In this document: positions 30,726 to 40,699 of the stretch, one piece after another | Layout of the letters: the number at the start of each line of letters is the position of its first letter | How positions within the stretch are numbered: position 1 is the stretch's first letter | Assembly: GCA_965224085.1 (NCBI GenBank) | Contig: CBDCYI010000011.1 | Span: 480,001-544,000, forward strand | Source of the DNA: Candidatus Marinacidobacterales bacterium | GTDB lineage: Bacteria; Acidobacteriota; Vicinamibacteria; Marinacidobacterales; SMYC01 | Reading direction: 5' to 3' | DNA: 64,000 bases | Translations under genes and position numbers: made by a program | Notes under the pieces: model-generated | What the model was told of the DNA's origin: nothing | What the model saw: the letters and a program-made list of their open reading frames with translations, nothing else | The model's database searches: none

Positions 30726-31399
30726 GGCGCGTGTGGCTTTGGTGGAGCAGCGGGAAAGACAGCGCGTTCACGCTCCACGTGCTGCGCCAGCGAGACGATG
30801 TCGAGGTCACGGCGCTCGTCACGACGGTGAACGAGCACTTCGATCGGGTCGCCATGCATGCCGTCCGCCGCGAGCTCCTCGAAGACCAGGCGCGTGCAGC
30901 CGGGCTCGAGCTCCGCGTCGTCTCCATCCCGCATCCTTGCTCGAACGCGGAGTACGAGGCCGCTTTCCACCGCTCGGTGGACGATGCGATGCGCGAAGGT
31001 GTCGAGCTCATGGCGTTCGGAGATATTTTTCTGGAAGACGTGCGGAGCTACCGAGAAAACTTGTTTCGCATAACGGATATCGAGCCTCTTTTTCCGCTTT
31101 GGGGCCGCGATACCCGCGCCTTGTCGCGCGAGATGATTGCGTCTGGTCTACGTGCGAAGGTAACGTGTCTCGATCCCAAAGTCCTTCCAAGAGAGCTTGT
31201 GGGGCGCGAGCTCGATGCATCGTTTCTAGCGGAGCTTCCGCGTGGCGTCGACCCGTGCGGTGAGAGAGGCGAGTTTCACACGTTCGCGTGGGCCGGGCCG
31301 TGTTTCTCGGACCCGGTGGCCTGCACCGTTGGCGAGATCGTCGAGCGTGACGGCTTCGTCTTCGCGGACCTTTTGCGGCGCCTCGACGCCCGGCGATAA
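30722..31399 (+). CDS. PP-loop ATP pyrophosphatase (MJ0570/Dph6-related)
   Basis: WSSGKDS, FGDIFLEDVR, DPCGERGEFHT; ATGA overlap. Confidence 0.88.
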   Translation: MRRVWLWWSSGKDSAFTLHVLRQRDDVEVTALVTTVNEHFDRVAMHAVRRELLEDQARAAGLELRVVSIPHPCSNAEYEAAFHRSVDDAMREGVELMAFGDIFLEDVRSYRENLFRITDIEPLFPLWGRDTRALSREMIASGLRAKVTCLDPKVLPRELVGRELDASFLAELPRGVDPCGERGEFHTFAWAGPCFSDPVACTVGEIVERDGFVFADLLRRLDARR

Positions 31400-31407
31400 A
31401 CTGCATC

Positions 31408-32289
31408 GTGCGTATTTGCTCGCTCCTTCCTTCCGGCACCGAAATCGTCGCCGCGCTCGGTCTCGTCGACACGCTCGTGGGCGTCACCTACGAATGCGAT
31501 TTCCCTCCGGCGGTTAAGGAGAAGCCTATCGTCGTGAACACGCGGCTTCCGGCAGCGGCCGACCCCGGCGAGATCGACAAGCTCGTGCGCGAGTATCTCT
31601 CGCGAGGCGAGAGTCTCTACAAAGTCGAGAGCGACGTGCTTCGCAAAGGCGAGCCGGACTTGGTTGTGACACAGGAGCTTTGCAATGTGTGTGCGGCGAC
31701 ACCGGGTGATCTCGCGTCGGCGCTTCGTGGGCTCGCAGTGCAGCCTCGCGTGCTCTCGCTACACCCGCATCGCATCGAAGAAGTGTGGAACGACATCCTC
31801 GCGGTGGGGGAGGCGACCGAGCGCCAGGACGCGGCCAGTGAGGTCGTCGACGGGCTTTGCGCCAGGATCGAAGCCGTCGGAGCGTTGGTCTCCAAAGCGG
31901 GCGCGCACCCGCGCGTTGTTTGTCTCGAGTGGACCGACCCGCCCATGGTGGCGGGCCATTGGGTGCCCGAAATGGTGGCACTTGCCGGCGGCGTCGATGT
32001 TCTCGGGTCTCCGGAGAAGCCGTCCTTTCGCATCGACTGGGGTGCCCTCCTCGATGCCAAGCCTGACGTCGTCGTGGTGATGCCCTGTGGGTACGGCTCC
32101 GATCAGGCAGCCTCTGAGTGGCGGTCGGGCTCGGTGCCGAGGGGCTTGAACGCCCGCATTTTTGCCGTCGACGCGAATAGCTACTTCTCGCGCCCGGGCC
32201 CGCGCTTGGCTACCGGCGTCGAGCTTCTCGCGCACTTGCTGCATCCGAAGCGCGCCCCGGCCGTGGGCAACTTCGTCGACTTGAGCTAG
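31408..32289 (+). CDS. BtuF-like cobalamin/iron-siderophore-type substrate-binding protein
   Basis: RICSLLPSGTEI, VTYECDFP, TQELCNVCA, GHWVPEM, FSRPGPRL. Confidence 0.88.
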   Translation: MRICSLLPSGTEIVAALGLVDTLVGVTYECDFPPAVKEKPIVVNTRLPAAADPGEIDKLVREYLSRGESLYKVESDVLRKGEPDLVVTQELCNVCAATPGDLASALRGLAVQPRVLSLHPHRIEEVWNDILAVGEATERQDAASEVVDGLCARIEAVGALVSKAGAHPRVVCLEWTDPPMVAGHWVPEMVALAGGVDVLGSPEKPSFRIDWGALLDAKPDVVVVMPCGYGSDQAASEWRSGSVPRGLNARIFAVDANSYFSRPGPRLATGVELLAHLLHPKRAPAVGNFVDLS

Positions 32290-32356
32290 AGTCGTACAAT
32301 CGGACCCAAGCCTCTCTTGCTACTCATCGCTATTTTGTAGTAAATGCTTCAAAATC

Positions 32357-32455
32357 ATGGCGACTGCGGGACGGCCTCGTGCTTTCGACACCGATGCCGC
32401 GCTCGAGCTTTTCTGGAAGAACGGCTACCGCGTCACGACCACCCGCGAGCTCAGC
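32357..32455 (+). pseudogene. N-terminal stub of a TetR family regulator
   Basis: MATAGRPRAFDTDAALELFWKNGYRVTTTREL, then breaks off. Confidence 0.6.
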
Positions 32456-32514
32456 GGTTAGACAGACCCGCCGGCCGCGGTGGTTCCCGGGTCCGTTACC
32501 ACCGTAGCGGCGAG

Positions 32515-34356
32515 CTAACGGCTCAGCCTGAAGCGTTGGCGCACGCGCATCTTGACGCGCACCGGCTCGTTGTTCCTCTTCGCGGGTTCGTAGCGCCATT
32601 CGGCGAGCGAGTCGAGCACCGCCTTATCCAATATTGCGCCCGCGGATTCGAGAACGACGAGCTCGGTCGGAACGCCCTCTTCGGTGAGGACGAACTCAAT
32701 AGTGACGCGTCCTTGCTGCTTGAGCTTGCGTGCCATCGGCGGGTAGCCCGGCGGTTTGCCGGAGATGCGTTTCGCGGCCGTGTCGTCCGGCCCGAGCTCG
32801 ACGATACCTGCTGGCCCCGCTGCTCCGGCTGGCCCCGCTGGCGCGCTCGAGGCGGCACTCGCCTTTGCCGCGGTGCGCACGGCGCGCGCGCGCAGGCGAG
32901 CCACGAGGTTGACGCTTTCTCCCGCTCGGGCCACCACCACGGAGCGCCAGGAGTTGTAGCCTTTGCGCGAGACTTGGATCTCGTGCTGTCCCGGCTCGAG
33001 CTCGACATCCTCGAGAGGCGTTTGGCCGGAGCGTTCCCCGTCGATTGTCACGGCGGCGCCGGCGGGCACGGATTCCAGGAACAGGCTGATACGTGCGCTT
33101 TGAAGCGCGAAGACGAGCGGCTCGATGGCGTCGCCTGCGACGAGCTCGAATCGCTCCTCGAGAGGAAGAAAGCCTTCTTTTTCGACGCGCACATCGTGCT
33201 CGCCGAACGCCATCGGCGGTAGCTCTATGGATGAGCTCCCCAGGAGCTCCCCGTCGAGAAAGACTTCCGCCGCGACAGGGTCCGTCTCGATAACGACGCC
33301 TTCCGCCAAAGGGTCCGGCGCCAAGAGAGCAAAAAGCCCGATGAAAGCCGCTGCCGCCACCGCCGCCCCTGCCGCGATGAGCTTTTGCTGTTGGCTCAGT
33401 TGGCTCAGTTGGCTCAGCACCTTGTGCCTGGGCTTCCGCTCGGTGACGCTCGACCGCGACTCCGCCGCGGGAACGGGAAGCTCTGCGGTCTCCTCGTCGT
33501 CGAGCAGCAGCACAATCGGCTCGTCCTCCGGTGCGGTGACCTCCAGTCGGTCGAACTGCTCGAGGTTCAACGCCGAGACGAACTCCGAGAACTCCGCGAA
33601 TCGTTGCTCGGGCTCTTTGGCGAGCGCTTTCGCGAAAATGTGCTCGTACTCCGAAGGGAGCCGCGCGTTTTGTTGATGCGGCGGCACCGGCGGGCTGTTT
33701 ACTATTTTGTAAACGACGGTTGTGATGTTCTCTCCGGGAAACGGTTTTTGACCGGTGAGCATCTCGTAGGTCACGACCGAGAGGGAATAGAGATCCGCGC
33801 GCGCGGTGAGCTCGCCGCCGATGACTTGCTCGGGCGACATGTAAGACGGCGAGCCCAGAAACTGACCGGCGGTCGTCATCACCGAGGATTCGAGATGTGC
33901 GAGACCGAAATCGGTGATGATCGAACGGCCGTCCGGGAAAACCATGATGTTCGCCGGTTTGATGTCACGATGGTACACACCGCGTTCGTGCGCATAGGCG
34001 AGGGCGTCCGCGGTGGGCGCCACGATCGAGAGTGTTTCCTCGAGCGTGAACGTGCCTTTTTCGGACAAGAGCGTCAGGAGGTCCTTGCCGTCCAGGTATT
34101 CCATGACGTAGTAGTTTTCGCCCACGTCGAAGATTTTGATGATGTTGAGATGGGTTAAGCCGCCTGCGGCGCGCGCCTCACGTTGAAAGCGCTTGACGAC
34201 ATCGCCGGTTTTGTCTTGCTCTACGATATCGTCTTTGAGCGTCTTGATCGCGACTTTGCGGTCGCTGAGCGGGTCGAGCGCCCGGTAGACTTTACCCATA
34301 GCGCCTTGGCCAATCTCGGCCTCGACCTCGTAACGTCCGAATTTGAGCTTTTTCAT
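32515..34356 (-). CDS. Ser/Thr kinase - TM - 2x PEGA - TonB C-terminal domain protein
   Basis: GQGAMGKVY, HRDIKPAN, DFGLA; TM AAGAAVAAAAFIGLFALLA; PEGA repeats; YPPMARK..QGRV...WRYEPA. Confidence 0.88.
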   Translation of the reverse strand: MKKLKFGRYEVEAEIGQGAMGKVYRALDPLSDRKVAIKTLKDDIVEQDKTGDVVKRFQREARAAGGLTHLNIIKIFDVGENYYVMEYLDGKDLLTLLSEKGTFTLEETLSIVAPTADALAYAHERGVYHRDIKPANIMVFPDGRSIITDFGLAHLESSVMTTAGQFLGSPSYMSPEQVIGGELTARADLYSLSVVTYEMLTGQKPFPGENITTVVYKIVNSPPVPPHQQNARLPSEYEHIFAKALAKEPEQRFAEFSEFVSALNLEQFDRLEVTAPEDEPIVLLLDDEETAELPVPAAESRSSVTERKPRHKVLSQLSQLSQQQKLIAAGAAVAAAAFIGLFALLAPDPLAEGVVIETDPVAAEVFLDGELLGSSSIELPPMAFGEHDVRVEKEGFLPLEERFELVAGDAIEPLVFALQSARISLFLESVPAGAAVTIDGERSGQTPLEDVELEPGQHEIQVSRKGYNSWRSVVVARAGESVNLVARLRARAVRTAAKASAASSAPAGPAGAAGPAGIVELGPDDTAAKRISGKPPGYPPMARKLKQQGRVTIEFVLTEEGVPTELVVLESAGAILDKAVLDSLAEWRYEPAKRNNEPVRVKMRVRQRFRLSR

Positions 34357-34464
34357 CAATCGACTCACTAACGAGGGGGAAAATCTGCGGCCGGGGCGTT
34401 CTGCACAGCATTGCAACCGGCCATATAAGATATCCCTTCGCGGGGCCGATTGCAAAAGGGCTAT

Positions 34465-36519
34465 CTATCGACCCTCCAGGAAGGCCACGACGACGTCTAC
34501 GAACTTCTCGCGCTCTTCGATCGGCGCGAAGTGCCCGCTTGCGGAAAAGAGCTCGAAACGCGCATCGGCGATGCCGTCGGCCACCGCACGGCCTTTTTCC
34601 GGCGGCAACAGGTCATGAGCACCGCTGATGACGATGCTCCGGGCCGTGATCTTGGTGAGGTCGTCGCGGGCGTCGAATGAGGGCCATTCCACGTTGGCGT
34701 ATTGTGCGTGCGCCCAGCTGAACTCGGTATTGCGAAAGAGCTCCGGCAACCGCTTCCGGTTCTTGTCGGGCTCGGCGAGCATGTAGGGAAACCAGATTTC
34801 GGTGTCGAACGTGCGCACACGCACCGCCTGCTCTTCACCCGTGAGCTCGGCCGCGTCCATCTCTTTTTGAAAGCGCCCGAATTCTTGCATGAGCGTCGGG
34901 TAGCGCTCGCCCAAGCCCCTTCTGTCCTCGGGCGTGAACGTGGCATTTCCATGCAGGAAAATCGCGGCGTCGATCTTCTCCGGATACTCTGCGGCGAGCA
35001 GCATGAGATTCGATGCGCCGTTCGACCAGCCGATCGCGTTAACTTTGGAAAGACCCAAGTGCTTGCGAAGCGCGTGAAAGTCCAGACGCACGGCCGCGGC
35101 CCCTAGGTCCTCGCTTGTTCTGGCTTCGCCCGAAGCGCCCATGCCGCGGGGGTCGAAGTAGACCATCGTGACGTATCGCTCGAGCGGCCGATACGTGGCG
35201 CGCAGTCCGTCGAGCGAGAGCCCCCACGAGTTCGGAACCGTCATGAGCACGGGGCCCCTGCCGCGCACTTCGTAGTGGATGTCGAAGCCGTTGAGCTCGG
35301 CGGTGAACGAGCCGTTTCGAAGCTCGGGCGCGGGACGGAAGACCTTGCCGGCTTTCATCACGAAGACGACGTTTCCGAGCGCCGAGATGTCTTCGAGCGG
35401 GTTGCCGGCAACGGCGACGATATCCGCTTGCAGCCCGGCTTTGAGGTCGCCCACGCGATCGGACACCATGAGCGCTTCGGCGGCGCGCGAAGTCGTGCTC
35501 ACGATCGCGTCTTTTTCCGGCTGGCCCGCGGCCACGCGCCGCTCGAACTCTATCGCCGTCTCGCCCGACCACACCCATCCGGCATTGGCGTCGGTGCTGA
35601 AGATGATGGGGACGCCTTTTTCGACCGCATGCGTGAAGACTTCGGTGCGCACGGGGAGAAACTTTGCCGTCCATTCGAGCGCTTTGTCCGAGTAGCCGAA
35701 CTTCGCGCCATGCAGGATGTAGTACTCGCCGAGATAGAGGTTGGGGGAGTAGTAGATGTTCCGCTCCACCATGAGGTCGAGGACGTCGTCCGTCAGAAGC
35801 GCCCCGTGCTCGAGCGTGCGCGTGCCCGCGAGGATCGCGCGCCGCGCGCCTTCCGGCGCATGCGCGTGGGTGGAGACAGGAATCCCGGCCTTTTGCGCTT
35901 CGTCCATCGCCCACTCCAGCTGCTCGAGCGAATGGGTTGCCGTCCCGCCTGCGCGGCTGCTGCGGGTCGCGAAGACTTTGAGCCAGTCGACGCGGGACTC
36001 GATGCGCTTTTGTACTTCTGCGCGCAAGAGCGCTTCGTTCGCGGGCTCGGCGCCTTTTTGGACAGCGTCCCCTTCGGCTCCCGGGGCGTCCCCGTCGGAG
36101 ATCCACCGTCCCGAGACGAGAAGCCTCGGGCCTGGGACGAGCCCCTCGTTGATGGCGTCGCGAAGATCGATGTCCTCGTAGCGCGGGCTTCCCAGCGTTC
36201 GCACCGTGGTGAAGCCGTGCTCGAGCAAGGTGCGGGCGCTATAAGCCCCCCAAAGCGAGCTGAGAGAGGGCCGTGCCTCGTCCCGGCCAAAATGGGTGGT
36301 GATGTGAACGTGGCTGTCGATGAGGCCCGGAAGCACGGTGTAGCCACGCAGGTCGATGACCTCCGTCCCCTCGGGAGGCTCGCCGGAGCCGCCAGAGCTA
36401 AAGGACGTGATTTTGTCGCCCTCTATAATAAGGATGGCGCCAGGGTGAGCGTTTCCTTGACCGTCGATGGCGAGGTCGGTGCGGATGGCGAGCGATGCCA
36501 GGAGCAAAAGCTTAATCAT
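34465..36519 (-). CDS. Secreted metal-dependent amidohydrolase fused to an alpha/beta hydrolase
   Basis: PGLIDSHVH, HAH, LEHG, STD, ADIVAVAGNPL; then DPRGMGAS, GWSNG, SGHF. Confidence 0.85.
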   Translation of the reverse strand: MIKLLLLASLAIRTDLAIDGQGNAHPGAILIIEGDKITSFSSGGSGEPPEGTEVIDLRGYTVLPGLIDSHVHITTHFGRDEARPSLSSLWGAYSARTLLEHGFTTVRTLGSPRYEDIDLRDAINEGLVPGPRLLVSGRWISDGDAPGAEGDAVQKGAEPANEALLRAEVQKRIESRVDWLKVFATRSSRAGGTATHSLEQLEWAMDEAQKAGIPVSTHAHAPEGARRAILAGTRTLEHGALLTDDVLDLMVERNIYYSPNLYLGEYYILHGAKFGYSDKALEWTAKFLPVRTEVFTHAVEKGVPIIFSTDANAGWVWSGETAIEFERRVAAGQPEKDAIVSTTSRAAEALMVSDRVGDLKAGLQADIVAVAGNPLEDISALGNVVFVMKAGKVFRPAPELRNGSFTAELNGFDIHYEVRGRGPVLMTVPNSWGLSLDGLRATYRPLERYVTMVYFDPRGMGASGEARTSEDLGAAAVRLDFHALRKHLGLSKVNAIGWSNGASNLMLLAAEYPEKIDAAIFLHGNATFTPEDRRGLGERYPTLMQEFGRFQKEMDAAELTGEEQAVRVRTFDTEIWFPYMLAEPDKNRKRLPELFRNTEFSWAHAQYANVEWPSFDARDDLTKITARSIVISGAHDLLPPEKGRAVADGIADARFELFSASGHFAPIEEREKFVDVVVAFLEGR

Positions 36520-36597
36520 GGCTTTACCTCTCTCGGACCACGTTAATATAGAATGTAGGCCGGTACGTCAATCCGCCTTTGGAGGCTAGGTTCACAA

Positions 36598-37920
36598 ATG
36601 TTCAACCGTCAAATTTTTGGAATACCTATTGTCGTGCTGTCCCTCGTCGGCACCGCCTCGGCGCAATGGACCGCTGACAAGCCGGGAAGCGACAACATCG
36701 AGGTCCTGTCGCACGTTCCGCTCGGCCCGCGCCTCAGTGTCTCCGATCTCGACCTCGAACAGGAGATGGATCGTCCTTACGCCTATGTCGGCCGCATGGT
36801 CTATGGCACCGAGGGCGACAAGGGCATCGACATCATTGATCTCAGCGATCCCCGGAACGCGAAGCGCATCTATTCCTGGCGTATCGAGGACCAAGACTTG
36901 CATTTGGGGACGGGCGGGATGGACGCCAAGCACTTCAAGTACAAGGATCGCTACTACGTCGTGCAGTCGCTCCAGTTTCGCCAGGGCGGGCCGGATAACG
37001 ACCTCGGCGCCGTCGTGCTCGATGTGACGGACCTGCCGGATCCGACGAAGGTCAAAGAAGTCGCTCGCATCCGTGAACCGGACCATCCCGGCGGCTTCCA
37101 CAATATTTTCATCTACAAGCACAGCAACGGAGCCGTCTTGCTCTTTACGACGGTTTCGGGGCCGTTTTCGCACGTATACGATCTCGGCCGTGTCGTCGAT
37201 GGCGACCTCCCGAACGCGCTCGTCGCCAAAGTCCCGGTCCCGAACTCCGAGAGTGAGCGTCGCGGCTATCATGACTTCTACGCTGGCTATCATCCGGATT
37301 CAGCCGAGGATCGTTTCTACGGCGGCGGCACGGGCGGCTACTACGTCTATAACGTTACCGATCTCGAAGACCCCAAGCTTCTCGTCTCGCTCACCGGCAT
37401 CCGCGGCGTCAAAAACGGCCACACGTTCACGCCCACGCCCGACGGCCGCTATGTCATCGCCGAAACGGAGTATCAGTACGCGCCGCTTCGTGTTTTCGAC
37501 CTCAAGCCAGGCCTCGACAAGGAAGTCGAGACGATCTCGAGCCCTATCGGTGCATGGACGGCGGATTGGAGAAATCTCGCCCATAACCACGAGATCCGTT
37601 GGCCCTACGTGTTCGTCTCCGCTTATCTCGATGGACTCCAAGTCTTCAGCTTGATGGACCCGAAGAACCCGACGACAGTAGCGTATTACGACACCTATAC
37701 CGGCCCGCCCAACACGGAGCGCTCCGCGGTGTTCAACGGTGCTTTCGGTGTCGACGTGCGCAACAAGGATGGGCTCATTGTTGTGAGCGACATGACGACC
37801 GGCTTCTGGGTCTTCCGAATGGAAGGCTTCCAGGGCTGGAAGGGCGAGGACTGGGGTGTGCCGAACATCTCGAGCGCCCAGGACTGGGAGACGATTCCGG
37901 GATCGGACGGAAATCACTAA
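36598..37920 (+). CDS. Secreted LVIVD-repeat beta-propeller protein
   Basis: Signal peptide; repeated IIDLSDP, VLDVTD, YNVTD; GGFHN; AHNHE. Confidence 0.8.
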   Translation: MFNRQIFGIPIVVLSLVGTASAQWTADKPGSDNIEVLSHVPLGPRLSVSDLDLEQEMDRPYAYVGRMVYGTEGDKGIDIIDLSDPRNAKRIYSWRIEDQDLHLGTGGMDAKHFKYKDRYYVVQSLQFRQGGPDNDLGAVVLDVTDLPDPTKVKEVARIREPDHPGGFHNIFIYKHSNGAVLLFTTVSGPFSHVYDLGRVVDGDLPNALVAKVPVPNSESERRGYHDFYAGYHPDSAEDRFYGGGTGGYYVYNVTDLEDPKLLVSLTGIRGVKNGHTFTPTPDGRYVIAETEYQYAPLRVFDLKPGLDKEVETISSPIGAWTADWRNLAHNHEIRWPYVFVSAYLDGLQVFSLMDPKNPTTVAYYDTYTGPPNTERSAVFNGAFGVDVRNKDGLIVVSDMTTGFWVFRMEGFQGWKGEDWGVPNISSAQDWETIPGSDGNH

Positions 37921-37951
37921 TCACTAATCACTAATCACTAATCACTAATCA
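37912..37951. repeat. Heptamer tandem repeat (AATCACT) x5.7 filling the intergenic gap
   Basis: Directly visible; contains the upstream TAA and ends at the downstream ATG. Confidence 0.95.
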
Positions 37952-38542
37952 ATGAAACTCTTTCTGGCGCTTTTCGTGATGGCAGCTTCGGCGAACGCCG
38001 CGGAGCGCCCCTCGTCTCCGTGGAGCGTGCCCTTTGGCTTCGGGGGCGTTGTGTGCAGCGGGACGACAATTTCCGGGGCTTTTGCAGCACTTCCCGATCT
38101 TCCGTCGAACTATTACGGGATCGAGATGGTGCCGACAAAGCGTGTTCTGGGGACCGGCAACGGCGTGGGGCTCGGGAAAGTTACTTTTTCGAGCTCGCCT
38201 TACGGCGTAGCCGTGTCACCATCCGGCACTTACTTGGTCGACATTAAGATGGCGCTTCGACGGATCAAGAAACCCAAGAAAGGCTTTCTGACGGCGTGGG
38301 CCACCAAGGATGACTTGTCGGAGACGACGCGGCTAGGCGTGCTCGATGACGACTTCCATGTTTCGGGCAAGGCGGCTTGGAACAAGTTTCTTCTCGTCGT
38401 CTCGCTCGAGCCGACGGACGAGCCGACCGAGAAATGGAGCGGGCCGATCGTGATGCGCGGCATGTCGCGAAGTGGCATGATGCACACCCTCGCCGGCCAC
38501 GGCCCGTACCAAGCGGAGCCCTGCGCGAAGTACGGATTCTGA
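37952..38542 (+). CDS. Secreted hypothetical protein in an operon with a multicopper oxidase
   Basis: Signal peptide; MRGMSRSGMMHTLAGHGP Met/His-rich C-terminus. Confidence 0.75.
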   Translation: MKLFLALFVMAASANAAERPSSPWSVPFGFGGVVCSGTTISGAFAALPDLPSNYYGIEMVPTKRVLGTGNGVGLGKVTFSSSPYGVAVSPSGTYLVDIKMALRRIKKPKKGFLTAWATKDDLSETTRLGVLDDDFHVSGKAAWNKFLLVVSLEPTDEPTEKWSGPIVMRGMSRSGMMHTLAGHGPYQAEPCAKYGF

Positions 38543-38544
38543 TC

Positions 38545-40218
38545 GTGAAAATCGTGCTCAGCGTTATCTCGCTGGCTCTGTGCGCGTCCGTGTGGGCGCA
38601 GCGCGAGCATCACAACATCAAAGGCGGCGATCCGAAAGCGTGGCGCATGCCGCCGCACGATTTCCCCATGCCGCCCCTTCCGGGAATCGCGACCGCGGTG
38701 CCGATTGTCGGCCCGTTCCTCGCGCGGATGGACGCCGGCGATCTCTCGCAGTTTCCCGAAGCGAAGCCGGGCGAGATCGTGGAGATGACCGACGGCGAAA
38801 AGCTCGTCTTGCGCGCGAGCATCGTGCGCCGTACGTTGAACGGCACAACGTTTCTGATGTACGGCTATAACGGCCAGTATCCAGGTCCACTCATCAAAGC
38901 CGAGCGGGGCTCGACCGTCATCGTCGAGCTCGTCAACGAGATCGAGATGCCGACGACGGTGCACTGGCACGGGCTCCGGCTCGATAACCGCTTCGACGGG
39001 GTCCCCGACGTGACGCAACCGGCGGTGGAACCAGGCGAGCGCTTCACGTACGAAATCTATTTTCCGGATACCGGAATTTACTGGTACCACCCGCACGTGC
39101 GCGAGGATATCCAGCAAGACCTCGGACTCTACGGGAACATGCTCGTGACACCGCCCGAGGCCGACTACTACAACCCGGTCAACAAGGAACAAGCGCTCAT
39201 CCTCGACGACATCTTGATGGACGATCTCGGGCCGTTCCCGTGGGGGGATCGTGCCGCTACCCATGCGTTGATGGGGCGATTCGGAAACGTCATGCTCGTC
39301 AACGGTGCACCCGGATACGAGCTCTCGGTCGAGCGCGGGGAAGTCGTCCGCTTCTATCTGACGAACGTTGCGAACTCGCGTACGTTCAACGTCGTCTTCG
39401 GCGGCGCCGGTATCAAAGTCGTCGGCTCCGACGTGAGCAAGTACGAGCGTGAAGAGTGGGTGGAGAGCGTTGTTCTCGGACCCGCCGAGCGCTACATCGT
39501 CGAAGTCCTCTTCGACGAGCCGGGCGATTTCGAGATGGTGAACTCTATCCAAGCGGTTGACGACTTCATGGGCGAGTTCCACCCGCATACGGATTTGCTG
39601 GGGACGGTGCACGTCGCCGAGACGCGTGTCGCCGAGAGCCACGCGGAAGTCTTTGGCGAGCTCCGCGAGCACGACGACGTGAAGGCCGACATCGACACTT
39701 TCCGGCAATATTTCGACAAGCCCGTCGACCACAGCCTCGAGCTCACGCTCGAGATCGAGAACTTGCCGATGCAACTCGTTCAGGCGATGCAGTTCGAAGC
39801 GGGGCTCTACGCGCCACCCATCGAATGGAACGACGCGATGCCGATGATGAACTGGCTATCGAGCGCCGAGCAGATCCACTGGAAGCTCCGCGATCCCGAC
39901 ACGGGCAAAGAGAACATGGACATCGAATGGAGCTTCGAGGTCGGCGAGGTCATCAAGATCCGGATCTACAACAACCCGGAAACGATCCACCCCATGAATC
40001 ATCCGTTCCACGTGCACGGCCAGCGCTTTCTCGTCATGGCACTAGACGGCGTTCCGAACGAGAATCTCGTTTGGAAAGATACGGCTATCGTCCCCGTCGG
40101 CACGACGATGGACATCCTCGTCGACATCACAAACCCTGGCGAATGGATGGCGCACTGCCACATCGCCGAGCACCTTCACGCGGGGATGATGATGTCGTTC
40201 ACCGTCACCGAGCCCTGA
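38545..40218 (+). CDS. Three-domain multicopper oxidase (laccase/CueO-like)
   Basis: HWHG, WYHPH, HPFHVHG, HCHIAEHLHAGM copper ligands. Confidence 0.92.
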   Translation: MKIVLSVISLALCASVWAQREHHNIKGGDPKAWRMPPHDFPMPPLPGIATAVPIVGPFLARMDAGDLSQFPEAKPGEIVEMTDGEKLVLRASIVRRTLNGTTFLMYGYNGQYPGPLIKAERGSTVIVELVNEIEMPTTVHWHGLRLDNRFDGVPDVTQPAVEPGERFTYEIYFPDTGIYWYHPHVREDIQQDLGLYGNMLVTPPEADYYNPVNKEQALILDDILMDDLGPFPWGDRAATHALMGRFGNVMLVNGAPGYELSVERGEVVRFYLTNVANSRTFNVVFGGAGIKVVGSDVSKYEREEWVESVVLGPAERYIVEVLFDEPGDFEMVNSIQAVDDFMGEFHPHTDLLGTVHVAETRVAESHAEVFGELREHDDVKADIDTFRQYFDKPVDHSLELTLEIENLPMQLVQAMQFEAGLYAPPIEWNDAMPMMNWLSSAEQIHWKLRDPDTGKENMDIEWSFEVGEVIKIRIYNNPETIHPMNHPFHVHGQRFLVMALDGVPNENLVWKDTAIVPVGTTMDILVDITNPGEWMAHCHIAEHLHAGMMMSFTVTEP

Positions 40219-40699
40219 AGTTGTAAGCCCGTTGGGCTGATTCAGCTAGAGATACACGTCTTTCCGATGGCCTTATCTCGGCGTTGAAGACTACAGACGA
40301 GGCCTTTCGCTGGCTCGACAATGAGTTGATTGCCCAGATGTTAAGGACACGCTCTGGCTGTGTCTTGAACCTCGTCAACAGGCTTCGATGCCCACGTACC
40401 GGCACCGCGTCGAACCTTTTGTCTCTCGCGATGCGTCCGGATGAATTCTAATCGCCCACCTCGAGACGAAAATCTTGCTCAATCTGGCTCCGACGGTTGG
40501 CCTTCGGGATAGAAATGGCTACCTGTATCATCGGTCGGGAGTAGCGTCGGCGACGACTTCTTCGGCCGGCCCCTACCACGGAAACAGCCGAAGCAAGGGT
40601 CTTCCACGCTCAGGGCTGTCAGTATTTCGACTGAAAGAACTGCACGGTGAACTTGGATTCGAAGGAGACCGCGGCGCGTCAAGGGTTCAGGCCGCACGA

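Noticed and set aside
37912-37951. Possible CRISPR array
   Set aside because: Seven-nt units with no spacers and no cas genes; no CRISPR array was seen anywhere in the window.
35039-39774. Long antisense or alternate-frame ORFs (35275-36546, 38230-39774; also 55085-56446)
   Set aside because: Shadow ORFs typical of high-GC coding DNA, overlapping genes with clear family motifs.
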